Shown piece by piece: positions 6,633-15,066 of a stretch of DNA of 40,952 bases; position 1 is the first letter of the stretch, and each line of letters begins with the position of its first letter. The stretch is from Akkermansia sp. Its GTDB lineage: Bacteria; Verrucomicrobiota; Verrucomicrobiia; Verrucomicrobiales; Akkermansiaceae. A program made the position numbers and the translations under genes. The notes beneath the pieces were generated by a model, which was not told the origin of the DNA, did not search any database, and worked only from the letters and a program-made list of their open reading frames with translations. Location of the stretch: the NCBI GenBank assembly GCA_017521145.1, contig JAFXDR010000033.1, positions 1-40,952 of the forward strand, given 5' to 3'.

Positions 6633-8933
6633 ATGGATCTCTTTGAATTCGCCGCCAGCCAGCAACAGAAAGCGACCCCGCAGGAACGCTATGCGGAGTT
6701 GTGCGATATTGTGCACCGCAACAACCAGCTGTATTACGCCCAGGCGCAGCCGGAAATCAGCGACGCGGAGTACGACAAGCTCTACCGCGAAATCGAGGAA
6801 CTGGAACGCGAACACCCGGAATTCATCACCCCCGATTCGCCGACCCAGCGCGTAGGCAATGACCTGAGCGAAGGTTTCCACAAGGTGACCCACCCTGCCC
6901 CCATGCAGAGTATCGATGATATCTTTGAACACAAGCCGGAAACCGGAGAGACTGATGCCGAGCTGGTGGAGTTCTACCAGCGCCTGAGCGGAAGCCTGGG
7001 GCAGACAAGCCCCCGTGTGACCATCGAACCGAAGATTGACGGCTGCGCCGTAACCCTGCTCTACCGTGAGGGAAAACTGGCCTATGCCGCCACGCGAGGC
7101 GACGGCCGCACGGGTGATGATATCACCGCCAATGTACGCACGATTAAGAATGTGCCATTCATCCTGCCTGCCGGAGCACCGGAACTGCTGGAAGTGCGCG
7201 GTGAAATCTACATGCCCTCTGCCGATTTTGATATCCTGAACGCCGAGCGGGATGCCGATGGCCTGCCAGCCTTTGCCAACCCTCGCAATGCCACAGCCGG
7301 CACCATCAAGCTGCTCGACAGTGCCGAGGTGGCCCGCCGCCCGCTGCGGTTTCTGGCGCACGGCATCGGGGGATATGAAGGCCCCGCCCTGCGCACCACA
7401 GCCGATTTCACCGACCTGCTTGACCGCATGGGAATTCCCCGGAACCAGCCGGTCATCTATGCTGATTCCCTGCAGGAAACCCGCGCTGCCGTGCAGCAGG
7501 TGAACATCCTGCGCCGTGAGCTGGGCTATGGCACCGATGGAGCCGTCATCAAGCTGGACGATTTTGCCCTGCGTGAATCACTGGGCAGCACCGCCCGAGC
7601 TCCCCGCTGGGCGGCCGCTTTCAAATACCTGCCGGAGCAGAAAGAAACCGTGCTGCGCGGCATCAGTATCCAGGTAGGCCGCACCGGCGTGCTCACCCCC
7701 GTGGCCGAGCTGGAGCCGGTGCAGCTTTCCGGCACCACCGTTTCCCGCGCCACCCTGCACAATCAGGACGAAATCGAGCGCAAGGACATCCGTATCGGCG
7801 ATACGGTGCTCATGGAAAAAAGCGGCGAAATCATCCCCGCTGTGGTGCATGTCGTCACCACCAAACGCCCGGCCGATGCCGTACCCTACAGCCTGTACGA
7901 TGCCGTGGGTGGCGTATGCCCCAGCTGCGGCGCCCCCATTGCACAGGAGGAAGGCCAGGTAGCCTGGCGCTGCACCAACTTTGCATGTCCGGCGCAAGCC
8001 GCCATGCGCACCACCTACTTCTGCCGCCGCGAGGCGCTGGATATTGAGAATCTGGGCGGTACCGTAGCCGAAGCTCTCGTGAACCGCGGCTATATCACCA
8101 CCCCGCTGGATTTATTCTCGCTCACGGTAGAGCAGCTCGGTGCCCTCAATCTGGGAAGCGATGACGAGCCCCGCCGCTTTGGCGAAAAGAATGCCGCTAA
8201 AGCCCTGGCGGCCCTCGCGAACGCCCGATCCCTGCCCCTCGAACGCTGGCTTACCGCCTTCGGTATCTCCACCATCGGTACCGTGACCGCCCGCACCACC
8301 GCCAGATACCACCGCAATCTGCAGGAACTGGCCGGGGGAGAGTTCCTGCGTCTGCTCGTGCAGCTGGAAGAAGGAGTCGAGCAATACAACACCCTCAACC
8401 CCAAGGCTCGCGCAAACAAAGGAGCTGATAAAGACACCCTGCTGGCCCGGCAGGCCGAGCTGAAAGCTGCGCTCGAAGCCACCGCCGCTCCCTACACTGC
8501 CCGCGGCTATGTGACGCTGGAAGCCGATGGTGCCAACAAGCTGAAATTCACCAATCCGCTGGGCTCTGTCTCCACCCGCAAGCTGCTGGCCTACTTCAAC
8601 TCCACCGCCGGGCAGAGCGTGCTCCAGACTCTGGGGCAGCTGGGTATCAACCCTGTATCTGCCGGGTTCGTCGAAAACATGAACAACCAGGCAGAGGGGC
8701 CGCTGAGCGGCAAAACCTTTGTGCTGACCGGAGCCCTGAGCCGACCCCGCCCGGAGTTTGAAAAGATGATTACCGCCGCCGGTGGCAAAGCTACGGGTTC
8801 CGTCACAAAAAACACCACCTACCTGGTGGCAGGCGAAGGTGGAGGTTCCAAACGCGACAAGGCAGCCAGGCTCGGCATCCCGGTCATCGGAGAGGAAGAA
8901 TTACTCACCCTGCTGGAAGGAGGTTCCCTGTGA
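6633..8933 (+). CDS. ligA: NAD-dependent DNA ligase
   Basis: ISDAEYD, adenylation motif EPKIDG, TRGDG, EVRGE, FANPRN, GRTG, Zn finger CPSC...C-x4-C, HhH region and C-terminal BRCT (GKTFVLTG). Confidence 0.97.
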   Translation: MDLFEFAASQQQKATPQERYAELCDIVHRNNQLYYAQAQPEISDAEYDKLYREIEELEREHPEFITPDSPTQRVGNDLSEGFHKVTHPAPMQSIDDIFEHKPETGETDAELVEFYQRLSGSLGQTSPRVTIEPKIDGCAVTLLYREGKLAYAATRGDGRTGDDITANVRTIKNVPFILPAGAPELLEVRGEIYMPSADFDILNAERDADGLPAFANPRNATAGTIKLLDSAEVARRPLRFLAHGIGGYEGPALRTTADFTDLLDRMGIPRNQPVIYADSLQETRAAVQQVNILRRELGYGTDGAVIKLDDFALRESLGSTARAPRWAAAFKYLPEQKETVLRGISIQVGRTGVLTPVAELEPVQLSGTTVSRATLHNQDEIERKDIRIGDTVLMEKSGEIIPAVVHVVTTKRPADAVPYSLYDAVGGVCPSCGAPIAQEEGQVAWRCTNFACPAQAAMRTTYFCRREALDIENLGGTVAEALVNRGYITTPLDLFSLTVEQLGALNLGSDDEPRRFGEKNAAKALAALANARSLPLERWLTAFGISTIGTVTARTTARYHRNLQELAGGEFLRLLVQLEEGVEQYNTLNPKARANKGADKDTLLARQAELKAALEATAAPYTARGYVTLEADGANKLKFTNPLGSVSTRKLLAYFNSTAGQSVLQTLGQLGINPVSAGFVENMNNQAEGPLSGKTFVLTGALSRPRPEFEKMITAAGGKATGSVTKNTTYLVAGEGGGSKRDKAARLGIPVIGEEELLTLLEGGSL

Positions 8934-9865
8934 ACGGCCGCGCACTCATTTACGGCACCATTGCCATTGACACCCTCATCACCCCGGGGGGACAGGTCAA
9001 TTCCGTGCTGGGTGGCTCCGGGCCATACGCGGCGCTGGCGGCGCGGCTGGTGACAGACCAGGTGGATATGGTCGGCGTTGTGGGAGAAGATTTTCCCGAA
9101 GCATGGGAGCAGGCACTCGAATTGCGCGGGGTCAGCATGAAGCACGTGGCACATGAACCCGGCCAGACCTTTGCCTGGACCGGCCAGTATGAGGACGACA
9201 TGAACAAGCGCACCACCGTGAGCCGCACCGAGGGCGTGCAGGAACACTGGGTGATGCAGCTGCCAGAAGAGCTGCAGCAATGCAGCATTGCTGTGGCTAC
9301 CAATGTGACCCCCCGCTTGCAGAATCGCATGCTGCAGCAATGCCCGCATGCCTGTTTCCGCATGGCTGATTCCATGAAAAGCTGGCTGGAGCGGGAGCCG
9401 GAATACGCTACAGAGCTTCTCAAGCGCGTAGACCTCATGCTCATGAACGATGAAGAAGCTCAGTTCTGGGCGCAGACGGATGATTCCCTGGAGGCTGGCG
9501 AAAAACTACTGGCGGCGGGGCCTCGCTACGCCATCGTGAAGCATGGCAGCGCGGGTTCCACCCTGTTTCACCGCACACCGGAGGGAGATATAAAACTATT
9601 CCGCAGCCCGGCATGGCCACTCAGGCATGCACAGGATCCCACCGGTGCCGGCGATGCCTACATGGGAGCCCTGGCGGGCTACCTGACCAAATGTCTGAAC
9701 GGCGGCAATCCCGCATGGGAGGACATGAAGCGCGGCGTGGCCATTGCCACCGTGATTGCCGCTGCGGTATGCGAAAAATTCGGCACCATCTCGCTCTTCT
9801 CGCTGGGACTCCACGAACTCGCCCGCCGCATTTCCTCATTCCAGGAAATGACGAACTGGGAATAA
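8930..9865 (+). CDS. PfkB-family carbohydrate/nucleoside kinase
   Basis: GGSGPYAA, NDEEA and the PfkB signature DPTGAGDAY. The GTG start overlaps the ligA stop (GTGA). Confidence 0.88.
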   Translation: MNGRALIYGTIAIDTLITPGGQVNSVLGGSGPYAALAARLVTDQVDMVGVVGEDFPEAWEQALELRGVSMKHVAHEPGQTFAWTGQYEDDMNKRTTVSRTEGVQEHWVMQLPEELQQCSIAVATNVTPRLQNRMLQQCPHACFRMADSMKSWLEREPEYATELLKRVDLMLMNDEEAQFWAQTDDSLEAGEKLLAAGPRYAIVKHGSAGSTLFHRTPEGDIKLFRSPAWPLRHAQDPTGAGDAYMGALAGYLTKCLNGGNPAWEDMKRGVAIATVIAAAVCEKFGTISLFSLGLHELARRISSFQEMTNWE

Positions 9866-10045
9866 AAGAATGAAGTTGAAACCTCCCGTTTTTTTAACCA
9901 GCAGATTTGGAGCAGACCCGGTAAATAATGATTTTTTCATTATTTACTAGACATCTATGAACACAAGGAATAGAATAACGGTTGGGTGATAATTCCCGTC
10001 AACCATTATTCTTTTCCATACAAGAAGTAACAACAACATTATATC

Positions 10046-10738
10046 ATGAAAGCAACAAAACTCTCCCGTCTGGCTCTCGCAGGCATACTTATCGGCGGTA
10101 TCGCTCAGGCTGCCCCCTATTACATGCCCAGCAACAACTACACAGCCAACATACCACCGGAAAGGCCCACCAACTATTCCGACTATGGCGATTCTGATAC
10201 CGTGTCTGCAAACTTCTCGATGGAAATTGGTGGCACCTACACCAACATGTGCATCCACGACACAGGCGCGGATTATGACTTAAATCCGATTGGTGTGGAT
10301 GTAACAGGCGTTTACCACCTCTCTAAGAACTGGGCTGTAACGCTTCGCTGCGCCTGGAACAAAGCCGATGACAAATCGACATATGAGGAGTACGATAAAT
10401 GGGATGCCGAAATCCAGGAATGGGCCATTATGCCGGGTATCCGCTATACAGTTCCTGTAAGCGACAGAATCAAGTGGTACGTAGGCGCAAACATCGGCTA
10501 TGCCTACGCAAAGGCCGAAGAAAGATGGATGGATACCTACGATGGTGAGCATGAGAGTTACAAATGGAACGAAAATGGCATTGATTATTCCATCGAAACG
10601 GGTGTGAATTTCTACATCACGAATTCGTTCTACGTATACGGTGCAGTTCAATTCTGGGGTACAACAATCAAACCCGGCGATAACGGTGATTACCATCAAG
10701 GTATCGGCGTGCGCGTGGGTACGGGTATTTCCTTCTGA
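10046..10738 (+). CDS. Outer-membrane beta-barrel protein (OmpA/OmpW-like 8-stranded barrel)
   Basis: Signal peptide ending AQA|A, alternating aromatic/Gly strands (YVGANIGYAY, ETGVNFYIT, FYVYGAVQF) and a terminal Phe (VGTGISF). Confidence 0.8.
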   Translation: MKATKLSRLALAGILIGGIAQAAPYYMPSNNYTANIPPERPTNYSDYGDSDTVSANFSMEIGGTYTNMCIHDTGADYDLNPIGVDVTGVYHLSKNWAVTLRCAWNKADDKSTYEEYDKWDAEIQEWAIMPGIRYTVPVSDRIKWYVGANIGYAYAKAEERWMDTYDGEHESYKWNENGIDYSIETGVNFYITNSFYVYGAVQFWGTTIKPGDNGDYHQGIGVRVGTGISF

Positions 10739-10766
10739 TTCAGCACAAAGTATCGGCATATAAGCA

Positions 10767-10800
10767 TCCCCTGCAGCCTTGCTGCAGGGGCTTTGTTTGT
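10767..10800. terminator. Intrinsic terminator for the OMP gene, possibly bidirectional
   Basis: CCCCTGCAGC-CTT-GCTGCAGGGG followed by CTTTGTTT. Confidence 0.75.
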
Positions 10801-10802
10801 GC

Positions 10803-10954
10803 AAATACTCCCAGGATTAACAGTACGGGCGGGTAATCTGCTCTGGGATCACAGTCGAAATTTCGCCCTCGCAGATTGACCCCGGCTCTTACGAGCCACC
10901 AGAATCAGACTGAAAGGCTGTCGAAAATCGCTGTCCCCTATCGGGTGCCAGTAG
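10803..10954 (-). ncRNA. Candidate structured ncRNA, rod-like (possibly 6S RNA)
   Basis: ORF-free region. The minus strand folds by hand into a long interrupted stem with G-U pairs, capped by GGCTC-GTAA-GAGCC (GNRA loop). TATAAT lies at 10965-10960, TTGACC at 10986-10981, and a terminator hairpin lies downstream. Confidence 0.5.
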
Positions 10955-10968
10955 TGTTTATTATAGGC

Positions 10969-10997
10969 TTGATGAAAGGCGGTCAATGTGCTAGAAT
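10969..10997 (+). promoter_or_regulatory. Sigma70 promoter of coaE-rho, leaderless geometry
   Basis: TTGATG, 17 bp spacer, TAGAAT, GCGCGC, then GTG at 11004. Confidence 0.6.
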
Positions 10998-11003
10998 GCG
11001 CGC

Positions 11004-12902
11004 GTGAAGGTTATTGTTGTAACGGGAGGCATAGCCTCCGGCAAATCTACAGTGGTGGAGCTGCTGCGTGAACTGGGCGGCGAGGGAGTGGAACTTTTCG
11101 ATTGCGATGCCGCCGTGGCTGAACTGCAGCAGGCCGGCAAGCTGTCGCGTGATTTAGTGACAGCGTTCGGCCCCGATGCCCTGTGCGACGATGGCAGTGT
11201 GAACAAGGATTTCCTCCGTGCCATTGTGCAGAATGACCCCGAGGGGCGCGATAAGCTCAACAATGTGGTGCACCCGAAACTGGCGCAGCTGTGTCTGGAT
11301 GCCCAGGCTGCAGCCCGCCAGCGTGGCGATGTGCATACCTTCCTGGTTGATATTCCCCTGTATTTTGAAAGCCCGGTGGAATTCGGAGCCGATGTGGTAT
11401 GCGTGGTAGCCGTGACCCCGGAAACACAGATTGCCCGTATGGCCAGCCGCGATGGCTTTGACCGCCCCACGGCAGAGGCCATGCTGGCCGCCCAGATGCC
11501 TACCCAGGCCAAGATTGACCGCGCCAACCTCGTATTCTGGAACGAAGGCTCCCCTGAAACGCTGCGCAGGCAGGTGGAACTGTTCTATGCCACCGAACTG
11601 GCAGCCGATGCCAAGGCCATGCATGCCCGCTCCGTGGTGGTGAATCTGAACGAGCTGCGCGCCCTGCCGCTCAATGAACTGCAGCGCATCGCCACTACAA
11701 CCGCCCGCCGGGGCACCGATACCCTGCCACGCCCGCAACTGGTGGGTGAGCTGGCCCGCACCTATCTGGCAGAGGGCAGTCAGGTGGTAGTGAGCGGGGT
11801 GCTCGAATTCGGTAAGGACAACATGGTATTCCTGCGCGATGCCGCCCGCAGTTTCCGCCCCGGCGACGATGATCCCCGCATCACCCAGGATTTAATCCGC
11901 AAGCATGAGCTGCGCCCCGGCAACATGGTGAAGGTGAAGCTGCGCCCCGCCCAGGGCAAGCAGGAGCGAAGCCTCATGGCAGGCGAAGTGCTGGAAATTG
12001 AAGGCACGCCGGTTGCTGAGTTCCAGCAGCCCAAACCTTTCGACCGCCTCACCCCGCTCATCCCGACTGAACGATTGATTCTGGAAAACCCGGATATCAA
12101 ATCCCCGGCCATGCGGGTGCTCGACCTCATCACCCCGCTGGGGCTGGGGCAGCGAGCCCTGGTGGTAGCCCCGCCCCGCGGTGGCAAGACCGTGCTGCTC
12201 AAGACCATGGCTAAGAGTCTGCGCGCCAATTACCCCAAGACAGACCTGCTCGTACTGCTGCTGGATGAGCGCCCGGAGGAAGTGACTGATTTTGAGGACA
12301 CGGTGGATGTGCCGGTGTATGCCTCCACCTTTGATGAACCCTCCCGCCGCCACGCGCAGTTGAGCGACCTGCTGCTGGAACGCGCCCGCCGTCTGGTGGA
12401 ACAGGGGCACGATGTCATCATCATGCTCGATTCCCTCACCCGCCTGGCCCGCGGCTACAATGCCAACCAGAGCGGAGGCCGCACCATGTCCGGCGGTCTG
12501 GGTTCCAATGCACTGGAAAAGCCCCGCAAATTCTTTGGTGCCGCCCGCAAGGTGGAGGAAGGCGGAAGCCTCACCATCATTGCCACCTGCCTTATCGAAA
12601 CAGAATCCCGCATGGATGAAATCATCTTCGAGGAATTCAAGGGCACGGGCAACATGGAAATCCGCCTCGACCGCGAGCTTTCCGAGCGCCGCATCTACCC
12701 GGCCATCTCCATTCCCCAGAGCGGAACCCGCAACGATGACCGCCTGTACCACCCGGAGGAGATGATTCGCGTGCTGCAGGTGCGCCGCCAGCTGGCCTCC
12801 CTGCCCGGCTGGGAGGGACTGCAGACCCTGCTCCGGAATATCGACCAGACCCAGAACAACCTGGAAATTCTGCTCAAGGGACTCACTATCTCCACCCGCT
12901 GA
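11004..12902 (+). CDS. rho: Fusion of dephospho-CoA kinase (CoaE, aa ~1-197) and transcription termination factor Rho (aa ~206-632)
   Basis: CoaE part: [35 protein letters not shown]. Rho part: [63 protein letters not shown]. There is no stop codon between the two parts. Confidence 0.92.
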   Translation: MKVIVVTGGIASGKSTVVELLRELGGEGVELFDCDAAVAELQQAGKLSRDLVTAFGPDALCDDGSVNKDFLRAIVQNDPEGRDKLNNVVHPKLAQLCLDAQAAARQRGDVHTFLVDIPLYFESPVEFGADVVCVVAVTPETQIARMASRDGFDRPTAEAMLAAQMPTQAKIDRANLVFWNEGSPETLRRQVELFYATELAADAKAMHARSVVVNLNELRALPLNELQRIATTTARRGTDTLPRPQLVGELARTYLAEGSQVVVSGVLEFGKDNMVFLRDAARSFRPGDDDPRITQDLIRKHELRPGNMVKVKLRPAQGKQERSLMAGEVLEIEGTPVAEFQQPKPFDRLTPLIPTERLILENPDIKSPAMRVLDLITPLGLGQRALVVAPPRGGKTVLLKTMAKSLRANYPKTDLLVLLLDERPEEVTDFEDTVDVPVYASTFDEPSRRHAQLSDLLLERARRLVEQGHDVIIMLDSLTRLARGYNANQSGGRTMSGGLGSNALEKPRKFFGAARKVEEGGSLTIIATCLIETESRMDEIIFEEFKGTGNMEIRLDRELSERRIYPAISIPQSGTRNDDRLYHPEEMIRVLQVRRQLASLPGWEGLQTLLRNIDQTQNNLEILLKGLTISTR

Positions 12903-12914
12903 GGCATCGCTCGC

Positions 12915-13655
12915 TCAGCGGCGGGGGCTCTTATCTTCCGGGATAATGGCACCCATGTAGGGCAGCAGCTTGTTCATGACGAGGATATTCCCCTCGCCGG
13001 TGATATGCACGCGGTCTTTCCAGCGAATGGTGGCTTTGCGGCCGTTGGGCATGGTGGCGGTGTGCGTGTAACGGCCGTGTGAATCTGCCAGTATGGGGCG
13101 GGTGTTGATGAATCCCAGCCTGTAATGGCGGCAGATGGAGCGCATCAGGTTAGTGATTTCAGCCAGCTGGGAATTGAGCGGCTCTTCATCCATGACCGGT
13201 GGGCTCAACAGAATGATGCGGGCCCGGTAGAACTGGCACAGGCGCACAATTTCCAGAATTTTACCGGCATAGGCGCGCATCCACGGGCGGGAGCACGGCT
13301 CGCCCAACCCGCGCTTGCCATAAATATTCTGCGGGTCGTTAGTACCCACCCACATGACCACGATATGCGGACGGTGCTTGCGCAGGTTCTCCTCCAGCAC
13401 GCGCGGCCAGTTGTAGAAATCCGGGCGGCTGAGGCCCGTGGAGCGTTTACCGATGGGGATGAGGGTGATATTCTCATACCCGGCCATGGCATCGCGCATC
13501 TGCGGCCCCATGGATTCCATAAGGGAATCGCCAGCCAGCAGAATGCGGATAGGACGCGCCGCACGCCCCTTTCCTCCGCATTGCAGATGCATGCCGCAGG
13601 CCACTGGCAGCAGCACGGCCAGTATAAGAAAAACAGTGTGTATCAATCTGCTCAT
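12915..13655 (-). CDS. Exported SGNH/GDSL hydrolase-fold protein (DUF459-like), putative O-acetyltransferase or esterase
   Basis: GDSLM, STGLSRPDFYNWP, GTND and DRVH (DxxH) motifs. The N-terminus looks like a signal peptide or lipobox (LPVAC). Confidence 0.85.
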   Translation of the reverse strand: MSRLIHTVFLILAVLLPVACGMHLQCGGKGRAARPIRILLAGDSLMESMGPQMRDAMAGYENITLIPIGKRSTGLSRPDFYNWPRVLEENLRKHRPHIVVMWVGTNDPQNIYGKRGLGEPCSRPWMRAYAGKILEIVRLCQFYRARIILLSPPVMDEEPLNSQLAEITNLMRSICRHYRLGFINTRPILADSHGRYTHTATMPNGRKATIRWKDRVHITGEGNILVMNKLLPYMGAIIPEDKSPRR

Positions 13656-15058
13656 TTACGCCTGTGTGGTATGTATTTAATGGTAACGTCCATGCGGGCG
13701 TTGCCCCTTTGCTTTATCTCTTCCGGGGTAAGACATTTCTCCGGATGTTTTGTGCGGAAATCATAAATGACGTGTTCAATATGCGGCAGCATGCTGCGGA
13801 CAATCAGCTCGTTACCTGCCGGTGCCAGATGTTCCAGATCCTTCTTACGCAGGCGGACAGTTTGGCCTCGCTCATTGGTCATATACGTGCGGTACGCCCC
13901 ATTCTCATCCCCCAGCAGCGGTACCGTATCCAGATACGGCACATGGAGCGATTCGCAAACCGCCTGCTGCGTGTCTGCCGTATTCTTCAGCAGCGCTGCA
14001 TACTTGCCCCCCATGGGCGGCAGTCCCACCCACAAAACCCGGCATTCGTACTTACGGGCAATGTCGAAAATCTCCTGCATTTTGCCCCGGTATGCGTCTC
14101 GCCAGGCATCACGGGAATATGGGGAGATATTCTTATCCTCCACCTTGATGGGCATGCCATCATTGGCCCCTATGAAGATAATGATGATATCCGGGCGATG
14201 CTCCTTCACTGCAGGCTCCAGATTCTGCGGCCAGTTGAAGTAGTCCGGGCGGCAGAGGCCGGTGGAGAATTTAGCCGTCAGGATGAAATGCAAGCCCTTG
14301 CGGCTTCGCAAGACACGGTAGGTGGCTGGCCCCAGGTCCTCCATGAGCGAATCGCCCATAAGCATGATACGATAGTGCACCGGAGCCGCCAGATTGGCAG
14401 CGGCCACAGCCTGTGGTTCCATGTTCAGCTCCGGCAGGGGTGCGGGCCACTCGCTCGTGCGGGGCATGGGGCGGCGTTTCAGGAGAACTTCCTTCTTATT
14501 GGATTTAACCTTGAGCACCACGCCCGGAGCAGACTCGCTCCTGATGCGAGCAAGCTTCCTGACTGGCTTTTTACGGACACGGGGTTTCGCTTTCTTCCTG
14601 ACTGATTTTTTCGTTATCTTCTTGCGGGCTACGGGCTTTTTTCTGTTTTTCTTTTTTGCTGTTTTTTTCGCGCCCACGCGTTTCTTCTTACTTACACGCT
14701 TTTTGCGTGCAACGGGTTTAGTCTTTACCTCAACCGGCGGCGCAGGAGTAACAAGCGGCTGCGGAGCAGGTACAATTTCCGGTTGAGGAATTGGTTCTGC
14801 AGGAGGAGCCTCAGGTATGGCGGGCTCCTGCTGAGCTGATTCTCCCCATGAATTATAAAAATTCTTCTGAATATTGAACCACTGCGGTAGTCCCGTGCAG
14901 CGGCATATTTGCCGTAAGTCTTCAGCCAGTCCGCTCAGCTGGGGAGCTTTCATCTCCAGCTGCTGGGCATATTCATCGATATTCTGCAAGCCAATCAGCA
15001 CCGCTGCCAGGAGAGTCCCCAGGCAGATTTTCAGTGAGTGTGGCATTGGTGGCAGCAT
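13652..15058 (-). CDS. Membrane-anchored SGNH (DUF459-like) protein with a Pro-rich and Lys/Arg-rich linker
   Basis: N-terminal hydrophobic segment, then GDSLM, STGLCRPDYFNWP, GAND and DLEH. Overlaps the next gene by 4 nt. Confidence 0.85.
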   Translation of the reverse strand: MLPPMPHSLKICLGTLLAAVLIGLQNIDEYAQQLEMKAPQLSGLAEDLRQICRCTGLPQWFNIQKNFYNSWGESAQQEPAIPEAPPAEPIPQPEIVPAPQPLVTPAPPVEVKTKPVARKKRVSKKKRVGAKKTAKKKNRKKPVARKKITKKSVRKKAKPRVRKKPVRKLARIRSESAPGVVLKVKSNKKEVLLKRRPMPRTSEWPAPLPELNMEPQAVAAANLAAPVHYRIMLMGDSLMEDLGPATYRVLRSRKGLHFILTAKFSTGLCRPDYFNWPQNLEPAVKEHRPDIIIIFIGANDGMPIKVEDKNISPYSRDAWRDAYRGKMQEIFDIARKYECRVLWVGLPPMGGKYAALLKNTADTQQAVCESLHVPYLDTVPLLGDENGAYRTYMTNERGQTVRLRKKDLEHLAPAGNELIVRSMLPHIEHVIYDFRTKHPEKCLTPEEIKQRGNARMDVTIKYIPHRRK

Positions 15059-15066
15059 GGGGTTTA

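Noticed and set aside
10915-10940. Minus-strand GGGGACAGCGATTTTCGACAG resembles a tmRNA 5' end
   Set aside because: No matching T-arm/CCA 3' end or tag reading frame at the expected distance, which would fall inside the OMP gene.
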